A stretch of DNA of 63,884 bases, taken from a virus (taxonomy: Duplodnaviria > Caudoviricetes). The stretch covers positions 1 to 63,884 of IMG/VR virus record IMGVR_UViG_3300027734_000065. One strand, given 5' to 3'. The notes under the pieces were generated by a model. That model searched no databases. It was not told the DNA's origin and saw only the letters and a program-made list of their open reading frames with translations. The number at the start of each line of letters is the position of its first letter. Position 1 is the stretch's first letter. Both the position numbers and the translations under genes were made by a program. Of the stretch, positions 63,515 through 63,884 are shown one piece after another.

Positions 63515-63691
63515 ATGGACAAGAAACAAGTCAAGGCAATTGCCGACACCGAAGCCAAGAAAATGGTCAAAGGCCATGAATCCCGCATGCATGCCAAAGG
63601 TATGAAGGCCGGTGGCCCCACCAGTTTGGATCGTAAGAAATACGGAAAGAACCTTTCCCGTGCAATGAACCAGAAATCTGGGAGCAAATAA
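63515..63691 (+). CDS. Second allele of the 811-987 small basic protein
   Basis: Identical protein sequence. Confidence 0.8.
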   Translation: MDKKQVKAIADTEAKKMVKGHESRMHAKGMKAGGPTSLDRKKYGKNLSRAMNQKSGSK

Positions 63692-63884
63692 TGGGCAAAT
63701 ACAGCATGAAGAAAATGGGCAAAGAGGTTGGCGATGCCAGCGTCTATGCCGAACCCCACACCATGGATGGGAAGAAGGCCAGCATTTCCAGCAACCCCGG
63801 TAAAGGGCCAAACGGGAGCGAGGCCGTGAATGTAAACATGTCGGTTGGTAACATCAACCGCAGTGGATATTCTGAACCCAAGAC

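Larger units (their letters stand above)
62705..63884. repeat. Terminal redundancy, copy 2 (matches 1-1180)
   Basis: Same four genes as at the window start; ~96% identity. Confidence 0.97.

Noticed and set aside
62705-63884. True fixed direct terminal repeats
   Set aside because: Copies differ at ~4% of sites and start and end mid-gene; better explained by circular permutation plus strain variation
1-63884. Stop-codon reassignment, or prophage with host flanks
   Set aside because: Genes tile densely under the standard code with all three stops used; no integrase, att site or host genes seen

Overview
The window is an apparently complete, circularly permuted dsDNA tailed-phage genome. The unit length is 62,704 bp; positions 1-1180 recur at 62705-63884 as a ~96%-identical second allele. 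Gene content and order suggest a podovirus-like phage of the HTVC010P-like/freshwater metagenomic type, probably with a proteobacterial host (inference). The + strand late module (49200 through the end, wrapping to 30151) runs TerS, LexA-like HTH, TerL, portal, GroES, scaffold, major capsid protein, GT-A glycosyltransferase, a cluster of small basic proteins, adaptor/nozzle, tail fibre, holin and lysozyme, ejection proteins and a 3062-aa polyvalent protein. The - strand early modules (30123-38457, 42801-48632) encode Sak/SSB/exonuclease recombination genes, a MoxR/CobS-like AAA+ plus vWA pair and many small genes. A Twinkle/T7-gp4-like primase-helicase lies at 41057-42757. I saw no DNA polymerase, integrase, tRNA or CRISPR array. 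The most notable observations are: (1) the 3062-aa protein carries four enzyme-like cassettes, each bounded by a repeated [KR]LS[VI][RT] motif, downstream of an HExxH peptidase domain, suggesting a self-processing effector polyprotein; (2) the palindrome GTTTAAAC occurs at least 36 times where about 1 is expected; (3) a stand-alone 222-aa glycyl-tRNA-synthetase-like catalytic core has no anticodon-binding domain; (4) a family of late proteins shares [MFY]-x-x-GG and DGIAQRGKT tags; (5) a phased DnaA-box array lies upstream of terS; (6) several structured non-coding RNA candidates are present. All calls come from motif recognition by eye; no searches were run.
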